Positions 1-8,896 of a stretch of DNA of 64,000 bases are shown one piece after another. The notes beneath the pieces are model-generated. The model was not told the origin of the DNA. It saw nothing but the letters and a program-made list of their open reading frames with translations, and made no database searches. Position 1 is the first letter of the stretch, and each line of letters begins with the position of its first letter. The translations under genes were made by a program, and so were the position numbers. Source of the DNA: an uncultured Pseudomonadota bacterium (GTDB lineage Bacteria; Pseudomonadota; Gammaproteobacteria; Steroidobacterales; Steroidobacteraceae); the NCBI GenBank assembly GCA_963842515.1, contig CAWJGO010000005.1, positions 641,125 to 705,124 on the forward strand, written 5' to 3'.

Positions 1-1
1 G

Positions 2-160
2 CGCAGCTTCTGGATCATCAGCCTCATGGGCAGCGCCATGGTCACGTCGTACTTCATCTGGGGCAAGAACGACGCGGTAGGCGTGTTGACCAATCTGCTT
101 CCCGCGGGCGTCGCGTTCTACAACCTCATCATGGACATCCGCGCGAGCCGCCGGCCCTGA
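2..160 (+). CDS. 3' end of a small membrane protein with a lipid-A-biosynthesis N-terminal (LAB_N-like) domain; the 5' end lies outside the window
   Basis: The frame is open from the window edge: ...FWIISLMGSAMVTSYFIWGKNDAVGVLTNLLPAGVAFYNLIMDIRASRRP*. Stop TGA 158-160 shares one base with ATG 160 of the next gene (TGATG). It is absent from the ORF track because it has no start in the window. Confidence 0.6.
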   Translation, partial: RSFWIISLMGSAMVTSYFIWGKNDAVGVLTNLLPAGVAFYNLIMDIRASRRP

Positions 161-2031
161 TGCCTGATATCGGATTGCTCCAGCGCGGCCCGCGTGGCCG
201 TATCCCGGCGCCATTCCTCGCGCCCGTGGACGTCGCCATCTCGGTGTCGGCTATCCAGGTGTCGACAATAGTTAGCGTACCGGCGCCCGGGCAGCCGTCG
301 AAACCGATGATTCCTCGGCCGATGTACGCGGCGCCACCGCCCATTCGCGCGCGCGATCTTTTTTGGCTGGCGCTGGCACTGCTGGTCATCGTCGGCACGG
401 GATTGGGCATTCGCGATCCGTGGCCCGCAGATGAGCCGCGCTTCGCGGTACTGGCGCGTGACATGGCCTTGTCGCACGAGTGGCTGTTCCCGCGCGTCGG
501 CGGAGATCTCTACCAGGACAAGCCGCCGCTGTTTTTCTGGTTGCTGGCTCTGTGCTACACGCTCTTCGGCTCGGTGAAGGCGTCGTTCCTGGTGCCGTCG
601 TTTCTCGCCGCCGCCGGCGTTCTTTTTCTGGTGTACGACTACGGCCGCCGTACGGTGAGCCGCGAGGCGGGCCTGGCCGCGGCACTCATCACCGTGTGCA
701 CGCTGCAGTTCATGGTGGTGACGCGTGGCGCGCAGATCGACGCCACGCTCTGCTTCCTAACCACCTTGTCGCTGTATGCACTGCTGCGGCACCTGTTGTT
801 GGGACCGGCATGGCGCTGGTACTGCATTGGCGGATTCGCGGCGGGCCTCGGCGTGTTCACCAAGGGCGTGGGCTTCCTGCCAATGCTGCTGTTGATTCCG
901 TTCTTCGTTCTACGCGGCGCCCAATGGCGCGGCCTGGCCGGGATTGAGGGCGGCAGAGGCGGGTGGCGTTGGTGGCTGGCGCCGCTCGCGATGTTATTGG
1001 CGATCTCGTTGTGGTTCGTCCCGATGCTGTTGGCCGTGGCCACCAGCGGCTCGACCGAGTACGCCGCCTATCGCGACGAAATCCTCTTCAAGCAAACCGT
1101 CGGGCGTTACGCGGCGGCGTGGCATCACGTGAAGGGCTGGTATTACTTCATCCTCGAAGTCATCCCGTTGCTGTGGCTGCCATGGAGCCTGCTGCTCATC
1201 TGGCTGGTGCCTCGCTTCAAGGCTGCCTTTCGCGAGCGCGATGCGCTCGTATGGCTGCCATTGTTCTGGGTGTTCATCGTGGTGCTGTTTTTCTCCGCGA
1301 GTCCCGGCAAGCGCGGCATCTACATTCTGCCGGCGTTGCCGGCGCTGGCGTTCGCGGCCATGCCTTTCCTCGAATCGCTGATGGCGCGCGCCGGGGTACG
1401 CCGCGCAGGATTTGTCCTGGCAGGCGCATTCTTCCTCGCCGCGACCGTGCTGGTCGTCGCCCATGCCATGCAGGCGAAATTCGCGGTCGACGCAATCACC
1501 GCGGCGAGACTGGACGGTGCCACTGCATTCCATGTGTATCTCGTGTTGTGCGGCGCCGGGCTGGCGTTCGCCTACGTGCGTGCACCACTGGCGGCATGGC
1601 CCGTCGCGCTCGGTTCGCTCGCCATCGTTTTCTCGTATTTCATCGCGCCGGCGATGAACGGCGAGCGTTCGGGCGCGGATTTTGCGCGCGCGGCGCTCGC
1701 GAAAGTGCAGCCCGGAGACGAGCTCGCGCTGGTTGCCTACAAAGAGCAGTTTCTGCTCTACCTCGATCGTCCCACGGTGAACTTCGGCCATCGGCGCAGC
1801 TTCGAAGGATCACAGGAATCGTACGACGCCGCGGCGTGGCTCAACGCCGCTCCCCATCGCGTGGCTCTGGTGCCCGCCCGGCTCATCGAGAAATGCTTTT
1901 CGCAGGACGCGCCCAAGGTCGGACGCACCTCGGGCGAAGACTGGTATCTGGTCAGCGCTCCCGCGGTGCAAAACTGCGCGGCGAGAGGCGATGCCACGCG
2001 TGCCATCCGCTACGACCCGCAAGTACGTTGA
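160..2031 (+). CDS. GT-C fold lipid-linked-sugar glycosyltransferase, ArnT/PMT_2-like (GT39/GT83)
   Basis: 623-aa multi-TM ORF. First-loop motif ADEPRFAVLARDM and YQDKPPLFFWLLA are typical of ArnT/PMT-type transferases. The first ~50 aa are not membrane-like, so the true start may be internal (ATG at 307 or 322). Confidence 0.8.
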   Translation: MPDIGLLQRGPRGRIPAPFLAPVDVAISVSAIQVSTIVSVPAPGQPSKPMIPRPMYAAPPPIRARDLFWLALALLVIVGTGLGIRDPWPADEPRFAVLARDMALSHEWLFPRVGGDLYQDKPPLFFWLLALCYTLFGSVKASFLVPSFLAAAGVLFLVYDYGRRTVSREAGLAAALITVCTLQFMVVTRGAQIDATLCFLTTLSLYALLRHLLLGPAWRWYCIGGFAAGLGVFTKGVGFLPMLLLIPFFVLRGAQWRGLAGIEGGRGGWRWWLAPLAMLLAISLWFVPMLLAVATSGSTEYAAYRDEILFKQTVGRYAAAWHHVKGWYYFILEVIPLLWLPWSLLLIWLVPRFKAAFRERDALVWLPLFWVFIVVLFFSASPGKRGIYILPALPALAFAAMPFLESLMARAGVRRAGFVLAGAFFLAATVLVVAHAMQAKFAVDAITAARLDGATAFHVYLVLCGAGLAFAYVRAPLAAWPVALGSLAIVFSYFIAPAMNGERSGADFARAALAKVQPGDELALVAYKEQFLLYLDRPTVNFGHRRSFEGSQESYDAAAWLNAAPHRVALVPARLIEKCFSQDAPKVGRTSGEDWYLVSAPAVQNCAARGDATRAIRYDPQVR

Positions 2032-2208
2032 CTTAATACTGTTCGAATCTTGTGCAGTTGCGCATCATTCCTTCGCTGCACCATGCACTTAGCTTGTGTT
2101 CCTAAAAACTTGTGACAGAATGCTTCGCAACTTTGGGAGGAGGCTGGTGTTGGAATCTGTGGCCGGGTTCTTTGCGGCACACGGGTCCACGCTGTAGCTT
2201 GCATAAGA

Positions 2209-4884
2209 GTGGCACAAGCACCTGATCATCCTGGTGATCTGACCGCCTCGGACGTCTTCTCGACCGGCGTGTGGTCAGCACGCGGCGGCAAGTCCGCGCT
2301 CGGCGTCGATATCGCCTGCACCAAAATATCCATCGACTTGCAGAACATGCGCCGCGGCGCCATCGATTCCTGCATTCGCGACAGCCTCAATTCCCTGCGG
2401 GATTCCTCGGGCGTCGATACCGCGTTCGTGTGGCTGCTCTCCGCCGACGGCACCACGATCGATGAGGTGTATGCGGCGCATGGCGCGCTGGCGCAATGCC
2501 GCGTCGAAGCCTGGCGCAGCGCCACGATCGACACCTATCCCTGGCTCAAGGGCCGCCTCGAACACCTGCGCCTTTCCGAGATCCGCGACAGCGCGGCACC
2601 GCGCAAGGAACAGCTCATCGAGAGTCAACGCCTCGCGGAGCTGCAGATTGGCTCGGTGCTCATGATTTCCTTCAAGGTTGGCGGCGTGCCCGCCGGTATC
2701 CTGGGCCTCGCCAATGCCTTGCCGCGTGGCGCCTGGGACGTGAACCTGCAGCTGCTGCTCAAGTTGCTCGGCAATTCCCTGGCCACGGGCCTCGAGAAGC
2801 TGCGAATCGAAAAACGTCTACACAAGCTCGAGGAACGGCTGGAGCTCGCGCAGGGCGCCGCCAACGACGGCCTGTGGGACTTCGACATCGAGAGCAACGA
2901 AGTCCATTTCTCGCCGCGCTGGAAGCAGATGCTCGGTTATCCGGTGGACGCTCAGCTCGACTCGCCCGACTGGCGCAGCCTGGTGCACCCGGAAGACATG
3001 TCGCGCGTGCAGTCGGCGATCCGCGATCACGTCGCCGGCAAGTCGCCGCTGTTCGAAAGCGTGCATCGCATGAAGCACCGCAACGGCGACTGGCGCTGGG
3101 TGGTCAGCCGCGCGAAGGCGCGCGTCGACGAGCACGGCCGATTGCTCCGCCTGGTCGGCGTCGAGCTCGACATCACCGAACGCAAGCTCTACGAGGAAGC
3201 GCTGTTTCGCGAGAAGGAGAGCGCGCAGATCACGTTGCAGTCCATCGGTGACGGGGTCATCACGACCGATGCGAATTCCACCGTGGATTACATCAATCCC
3301 GTGGCCGAACAGCTGACCGGCTGGCGCCTCGAGGACGCGATGGGCCGGCCGATCGAAGAAATCTACCGAGCGTTCCACGAAGAAACCTGTGAGCCGCTCG
3401 AGAATCCACTAAGCGTCTCGATTCGCCGCACGCGGCCGATCAAGAGCGTCCGCCCGATGCTGCTCATTCGCCGCGATGGCAATGAGTTGTACGTGGAAAG
3501 CACCGCGGCCCCGATCCGGGACGGCGCGGGCGCGGTATCCGGTGGCGTGCTCGTGTTCCATGACGTGACCGAGTCGCGTGAGCTCAATCGGCGCCTGTCG
3601 TATCACGCGTCGCACGATCTGCTCACGGGACTGGTGAACCGCCGCGAGTTCGAAAGCCGCGTGGAGCGAGCACTCAAGAGCGCCAAGGCGCGCGAGAGCA
3701 GCTACGCGCTGTGTTATCTCGACATCGACCAGTTCAAGATCATCAACGACACCTGCGGGCACTCCGCGGGCGACGTGTTGTTAGGCCAGGTTGGCGCGCT
3801 GCTCAAGTCCAAGGTCCGGTGGCGCGACACGCTCGCGCGTCTGGGCGGCGACGAATTCGGCATCCTGCTCGAGGCCTGCTCGCTCGATGAGGCGTTGCGC
3901 ACCGCCGAAGTGCTGCGCGAGGCCGTCCGGAATTTCCGCTTCACCTGGGAAGACCGTGTATTCCGCCTCGGCGCCTCGGTGGGTGTGGTGCCCATCGCCG
4001 CCGACAACGAAGACGTGGCCTCGATCATCTCCGCCGCCGACAGTGCCTGCTCCGCGGCCAAGGAAGGTGGCCGCAACCGCGTGCACAGTTTCGCCGAGAA
4101 CGACATCGAGCTCATGCGCCGCCGGCGCGAGATGCAATGGGCGGCGCGCATCAACGCCGCGCTCGAAGAGGGCCGCTTCGAGCTGTATCGCATGCAGATC
4201 CAGCCCCTGCAGCGCGTCGAGCCCGGCCAGCACTACGAATTGCTGCTGCGCATGCGCGATGAATCCGGGCGCATGGTGTCACCTGACAACTTCATCGCCG
4301 CCGCCGAGCGTTATGCACTGACGCCGGCCATCGATCGCTGGGTGATCGAGAATGCGTTGCGCTGGCTGGTTTCCGAGGCCGACGAGCGCGAGAAACTCGC
4401 CATGTGCTCCATCAATCTGTCGGGCCAGAGCTTGGGCGACGATAAATTCCTGCCGTTCGTCATCGACCAGTTTTCCAAGAGCGGCATCGACGCCTCGAAG
4501 ATCTGCTTCGAGATCACCGAGACCGCCGCGGTCGCGAGCTTCTCGCAGGCGAACCGCTTCATCCAGGCGCTCAAAGAGCTGGGCTGCCGCTTCGCGCTCG
4601 ATGACTTCGGCACCGGCCTCTCATCGTTCGGTTACCTCAAGCACTTCCCGGTGGACTTCCTCAAGATCGACGGCAGCTTCGTGCGTGAAATCCTGCACGA
4701 CCCAATCGATCGCGAGATGGTGCGTTCCATCAATGAAATCGGTCATTTGACGGGTAAAAAAACCATCGCCGAATTCGCCGAGAACGCCGAGATCATCCAG
4801 ATGCTCACCTCCCTCGGCGTCGACTACGCGCAGGGTTACGGCATCGCGCAGCCGCAGCGCGTCCTCAAGGCCGTCAACGCTTGA
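2209..4884 (+). CDS. GAF-PAS-PAS-GGDEF-EAL c-di-GMP signalling protein
   Basis: 891 aa, GTG start. PAS-like segments are WDFDIESNEVHFSPRWKQMLGY and ITLQSIGDGVITTD. GGDEF is intact (RLGGDEFGILL) with an RWRD I-site 5 residues upstream. EAL-domain motifs are ELLLRM, EITE, DDFGTGLSSFGYL and QGY. Confidence 0.95.
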   Translation: MAQAPDHPGDLTASDVFSTGVWSARGGKSALGVDIACTKISIDLQNMRRGAIDSCIRDSLNSLRDSSGVDTAFVWLLSADGTTIDEVYAAHGALAQCRVEAWRSATIDTYPWLKGRLEHLRLSEIRDSAAPRKEQLIESQRLAELQIGSVLMISFKVGGVPAGILGLANALPRGAWDVNLQLLLKLLGNSLATGLEKLRIEKRLHKLEERLELAQGAANDGLWDFDIESNEVHFSPRWKQMLGYPVDAQLDSPDWRSLVHPEDMSRVQSAIRDHVAGKSPLFESVHRMKHRNGDWRWVVSRAKARVDEHGRLLRLVGVELDITERKLYEEALFREKESAQITLQSIGDGVITTDANSTVDYINPVAEQLTGWRLEDAMGRPIEEIYRAFHEETCEPLENPLSVSIRRTRPIKSVRPMLLIRRDGNELYVESTAAPIRDGAGAVSGGVLVFHDVTESRELNRRLSYHASHDLLTGLVNRREFESRVERALKSAKARESSYALCYLDIDQFKIINDTCGHSAGDVLLGQVGALLKSKVRWRDTLARLGGDEFGILLEACSLDEALRTAEVLREAVRNFRFTWEDRVFRLGASVGVVPIAADNEDVASIISAADSACSAAKEGGRNRVHSFAENDIELMRRRREMQWAARINAALEEGRFELYRMQIQPLQRVEPGQHYELLLRMRDESGRMVSPDNFIAAAERYALTPAIDRWVIENALRWLVSEADEREKLAMCSINLSGQSLGDDKFLPFVIDQFSKSGIDASKICFEITETAAVASFSQANRFIQALKELGCRFALDDFGTGLSSFGYLKHFPVDFLKIDGSFVREILHDPIDREMVRSINEIGHLTGKKTIAEFAENAEIIQMLTSLGVDYAQGYGIAQPQRVLKAVNA

Positions 4885-4907
4885 AAAGGGCTGCCGCCCA
4901 CTCTTAA

Positions 4908-4928
4908 ACGTCGTCGAAGCGACGACGT
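4908..4928 (+). terminator. Possible terminator hairpin after the GGDEF-EAL gene
   Basis: ACGTCGTCG-AAG-CGACGACGT (9-bp stem) lies 24 nt after stop 4884. No clean T-tract follows. Confidence 0.4.
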
Positions 4929-4965
4929 CCATGATTGATATGATCCCTCCGTTCAAGGGGGTCTC

Positions 4966-7326
4966 ATGCGCCATCACGGTCTAACTGTCGTCGCCGCGGC
5001 CCTGTCGCTGGCCTCATTCGCGCACTCGCAGAACGCCAACGTTCTCTGGTACGACACGCCCGCCACCGACTGGGAAAAGGAAGCGCTCCCGATCGGCAAC
5101 GGCCGCATGGGCGCCATGGTGTTCGGTGGCGTGGATTCGGAACGCCTGCAGATCTCCGAAAAGTCGTTGTGGACTGGCGGGCCCGGAACGGAAGGCGGCT
5201 ACGACTTCGGTCTCCCTGCCGATTCCCAGGCCGGGCTCATGCGCTCCATCGGCAAACAACTGCTCGATGGCGCGCACCTTGCGCCTGAAGACGTGGCCAA
5301 GCAGCTCGGCCGCAAGATGCACAACTACGGCGACTACCAGAGTTTCGGCGATCTCATCATCGAGCGAGAGACCGATGGCACGCCGGTGTCCGACTATCGC
5401 CGTGAACTCGACCTCGACACCGCCACCGCGCGCGTGAGCTTCAAGCAGGGCGGAGCTGGATACCGGCGCGAATACTTCGTGTCGTATCCCGACCAGGCGC
5501 TGGTCGCGCGCTGGTACGGCACCAGTGCGCAGAAACTGCGGGTGAAATTCGCGGTGCCCGACAATCGCACTTCGCTGGTGCGCGCCGCGGGTCACGCGAT
5601 CACGGTCTCGGGCGCGCTCAAATCGAATGGCCTCAAGTACGCTGTCGTTCTCAACGTAGTCGCGGAGTGCGGAACGGTAGAAGTTGATGGCGAAACGCTT
5701 CGCATCGACAGCGAGTGTCCGGTCAATTTCATGCTGACGGCGCGCACCGACTACGAGATGAAATATCCGGCGTACCGTAAGCTCAATCTCGATCCCGCGG
5801 AGGCCGCGCTCAAAGATGCTTCAGCGGCTCAAAAGCGCCGCTACCCGAATTTGAACGCCGCGCACAAACAGGATCACCAGGCCCTGTTCCGGCGCGTGAC
5901 GCTCAGTCTCGATGCGGGCACGCCCGACATGTCCACAGACAAATTGCGCGCGCAATACGGCAGCGGCAACGCGGCGACAGATCGTCAGCTCGAGCAACTC
6001 TATTTCCAGTACGGCCGGTACCTGCTCATCGCATCCTCGCGGGCGGGCTCGCTGCCGGCGAATCTGCAGGGTGTCTGGAATGACAAGGCCACGCCGCCTT
6101 GGAATGCCGACTATCACGTCAACATCAACTTGCAGATGAACTACTGGCCCGCAGAGGCAGCGAATCTCGCCGAGACCACACCGCCGCTGTTCGATTTTGT
6201 CGAGCACCTGGTGCCGCCGGGCAGACTGGCGGCGCAGCGCTACTTCGGCGCTCAGGGCTGGACGATGTTCCTCAACACCAACGCCTGGGGTTATGTCGGT
6301 CCCATCGACTGGCCGACGGCGTTCTGGCAACCGGAAGCGTCTGCCTGGCTGGCGCAACACTTCTACGAGCACTATCTATTCAGCCTGGATGCCGAGTTCC
6401 TGAAGAAACGCGCGTGGCCGGTCATGAAAGGCGCGGCGGAATTCTGGCTGGATGCGCTCATCGCCGATCCGCGCGACGGCAAACTCACGGTGAGCCCGAG
6501 CTACTCGCCCGAACACGGGCCATTCACCGCTGGCGCATCGATGTCGCAGCAGATCGTCGCGGAGCTGTTCGTCAACGCGTCGGAAGCCGCGGTTCTCGTG
6601 GGCGATAAGGCGTTCGCCTCACGTGTCGACGCGGCGTTGGTCAAGCTCGACCGCGGGTTGCGTATCGGCAAGGCGGGCCAGATCCAGGAGTGGAAGGCAG
6701 ACATCGACGATATGAAAGACGATCACCGCCACGTCTCGCAGCTGTTCGCGCTCCATCCCGGGCGTGCCATCGATCCATCGAAGGAGCCGAAACTCGCGGC
6801 CGCGGCGCGCACCACGCTGGATGCGCGTGGTGACGCCAGCACCGGCTGGAGCCGCGCGTGGAAGATCAACTTCTGGGCGCGGCTGCTCGACGGCGATCGC
6901 GCGCACAAATTGCTGGCGGGCCTGCTGCGTGACAGCACCTTGCCGAACCTGTGGGACACGCATCCGCCATTTCAGATCGATGGCAATTTCGGCGCCGCGG
7001 CGGGCATGATCGAGATGCTGCTGCAGAGCCAGAACGGCGAGTTGAACATTCTGCCTGCGGTTCCCAAGGCATGGGCCAACGGCAGCGTGAGCGGAATTCG
7101 CGCGCGTGGTGACATCACCGTCGACATCGCCTGGGATTCCTGCGGACCTACCAGGCTGGCGCTAACCACCGGACACGCCGGTTCGGTGCGTCTGCGCTCC
7201 GCGCTGTTCGAAAAGGGATTCGACGCCAGCGTAAAGACTGAAGGTGCCATGGCATCGCGCAAGTTCACCGCCAAGCGCGGCGGTCGATACACCTTCACGC
7301 GCGCGGCCGCGGTGGCCTGCAATTAG
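4966..7326 (+). CDS. Glycoside hydrolase family 95 (alpha-L-fucosidase/galactosidase-like), secreted
   Basis: Signal peptide [23 protein letters not shown]95 signatures are LWYDTPA...[34 protein letters not shown] and [17 protein letters not shown] lies upstream. Confidence 0.9.
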   Translation: MRHHGLTVVAAALSLASFAHSQNANVLWYDTPATDWEKEALPIGNGRMGAMVFGGVDSERLQISEKSLWTGGPGTEGGYDFGLPADSQAGLMRSIGKQLLDGAHLAPEDVAKQLGRKMHNYGDYQSFGDLIIERETDGTPVSDYRRELDLDTATARVSFKQGGAGYRREYFVSYPDQALVARWYGTSAQKLRVKFAVPDNRTSLVRAAGHAITVSGALKSNGLKYAVVLNVVAECGTVEVDGETLRIDSECPVNFMLTARTDYEMKYPAYRKLNLDPAEAALKDASAAQKRRYPNLNAAHKQDHQALFRRVTLSLDAGTPDMSTDKLRAQYGSGNAATDRQLEQLYFQYGRYLLIASSRAGSLPANLQGVWNDKATPPWNADYHVNINLQMNYWPAEAANLAETTPPLFDFVEHLVPPGRLAAQRYFGAQGWTMFLNTNAWGYVGPIDWPTAFWQPEASAWLAQHFYEHYLFSLDAEFLKKRAWPVMKGAAEFWLDALIADPRDGKLTVSPSYSPEHGPFTAGASMSQQIVAELFVNASEAAVLVGDKAFASRVDAALVKLDRGLRIGKAGQIQEWKADIDDMKDDHRHVSQLFALHPGRAIDPSKEPKLAAAARTTLDARGDASTGWSRAWKINFWARLLDGDRAHKLLAGLLRDSTLPNLWDTHPPFQIDGNFGAAAGMIEMLLQSQNGELNILPAVPKAWANGSVSGIRARGDITVDIAWDSCGPTRLALTTGHAGSVRLRSALFEKGFDASVKTEGAMASRKFTAKRGGRYTFTRAAAVACN

Positions 7327-7328
7327 CC

Positions 7329-7721
7329 ATGTTTGGCTGGCGGCGACTCTGGAAATGGCGCGGCGCGAGCGAGCGGCCGGCGGACGGCGCGTTGTATCCG
7401 GAGTGTCTGATTGTCGTGCTGACCACCGAGCATGCGATCGAGGTGACACGGCCCGGCGGCCAAGTGGACCGCATCGCGCTGGCGGACCTTGGCGAAGTGC
7501 GTATCGATACCGATGACTCCGGTCCCGGTGCCGATGATTTCCGCTGGGTGCTCATCGCCAAATCGTCCGGCAAAATCTGCATGTTTCCGTTGGGCGCGAG
7601 CGGTGAAGACGCAGCCATCGCGCGCCTGCAACAATTGCCGGGATTTGACAACGACGCCTACGGCCAGGCGATCCGCTCTACGTCCGTCGCGCAGTTCTCC
7701 TGCTGGAAAGCGGGCCGCTAA
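7329..7721 (+). CDS. Hypothetical protein (130 aa)
   Basis: The ATG lies 2 nt after the GH95 stop. The composition is protein-like (LIVVLTTEHAIEVTRPGGQVDRIALADLGEVRIDTDD...). I recognise no family. Confidence 0.5.
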   Translation: MFGWRRLWKWRGASERPADGALYPECLIVVLTTEHAIEVTRPGGQVDRIALADLGEVRIDTDDSGPGADDFRWVLIAKSSGKICMFPLGASGEDAAIARLQQLPGFDNDAYGQAIRSTSVAQFSCWKAGR

Positions 7722-7738
7722 CGCGGCACTCTGTCGTC

Positions 7739-8881
7739 ATGAACCCCTACCTGATTCCGTGGATGGACGACGACCTCGAAGTATTTCGCGACACGGTCGT
7801 CCGTTTCATCGAGACCGAGATGGTTCCCCACGACGCGCGCTGGCGCGAACAGCATCACGTCGATCGTGAAACCTGGCGCAAGGCGGGTGACACCGGCCTC
7901 CTGTTGTTAGATGTGCCGGCCGGGTACGGCGGCGGTGGCGGTGACTTCCGCCACGAAGCGGTGATGTACACCGAGCTCGCGCGCCGCGGCATCGGCGCCT
8001 TCGGCCAGGGCGTGCACAGCATGTGCGCGCACTACGTGCTCAACCACGGTACCGAAACGCAGAAGCAGCGCTTCCTGCCGCGCATGGCGGAAGGCTCGCT
8101 CATCGGCGCCATCTGCATGACCGAACCCGGCACCGGCTCGGACTTGAAGGGCATCCGCACGCGTGCCGTGAAGCAGGGCGATCACTATATCGTCGACGGC
8201 GGCAAGACTTTCATCACCAATGGATTCCTCGCCGGGCTGCTCATGCTGGTGGTGCGCACCGATCCCGATCGCGGCAAGGGCCTTTCCATCCTCATGGTGG
8301 AGACCAAAGATCTCCCCGGATATCGCGTCGGCCGCGTGCTCGACAAGATGGGCCTGCACGGCCAGGACACCTCGGAGCTGTTCTTCGAAAGCGTGAAGGT
8401 GCCCGCCGAGAACCTGTTAGGCGGTGTCGAAGGCGAGGGCATGCACCAGCTCATGCACGACCTGCCGTACGAACGCACGGTGATCGCCGTCGGCGCGGTT
8501 GGCGCCATGGAGGGCGGCATCGACGAGACGCTGAAATACGTGCGCGAGCGCAAGACTTTCGGACAGCCGGTGTGGAACTACCAGAACACGCGTTTCAAGC
8601 TGGCGGAGATGGCCAGTGTCGCGCGCATCGCGCGCGTGTTCTCCGATCGCTGCGTCGTGGACCTGGTGGCGGGGAAGCTGGACACCGAAACGGCGTCCAT
8701 GGCCAAGTGGTGGTGCAGCGACATGCAGCAGCAGGTGCTCGATGAATGCGTGCAGCTGCACGGCGGTTATGGCTACATGAATGAATATCTGGTGTGCCGG
8801 CTGTTCGCGGATTCGCGGGTGCAGCGTATCTACGGCGGCACGAACGAGATCATGAAGGAAGTCATTGCAAGAGGGTTGTAG
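7739..8881 (+). CDS. Acyl-CoA dehydrogenase
   Basis: 380 aa. Motifs are GAICMTEPGTGSDLKGIRTRA, QLHGGYGYMNEY and IYGGTNEIMKEVIARGL. Confidence 0.95.
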   Translation: MNPYLIPWMDDDLEVFRDTVVRFIETEMVPHDARWREQHHVDRETWRKAGDTGLLLLDVPAGYGGGGGDFRHEAVMYTELARRGIGAFGQGVHSMCAHYVLNHGTETQKQRFLPRMAEGSLIGAICMTEPGTGSDLKGIRTRAVKQGDHYIVDGGKTFITNGFLAGLLMLVVRTDPDRGKGLSILMVETKDLPGYRVGRVLDKMGLHGQDTSELFFESVKVPAENLLGGVEGEGMHQLMHDLPYERTVIAVGAVGAMEGGIDETLKYVRERKTFGQPVWNYQNTRFKLAEMASVARIARVFSDRCVVDLVAGKLDTETASMAKWWCSDMQQQVLDECVQLHGGYGYMNEYLVCRLFADSRVQRIYGGTNEIMKEVIARGL

Positions 8882-8896
8882 CTGCGATCCTGCTGT

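Noticed and set aside
2032-2208. Relatively AT-rich 178-nt gap containing TTGACT and GGGAGGAGG, considered as an sRNA, riboswitch or leader peptide
   Set aside because: There is no convincing conserved structure. The ORF after GGGAGGAGG terminates after 16 codons. It is most simply the promoter/5'-UTR of the GGDEF-EAL gene. I could not define -35/-10 boxes with confidence, so no promoter was called here or elsewhere.
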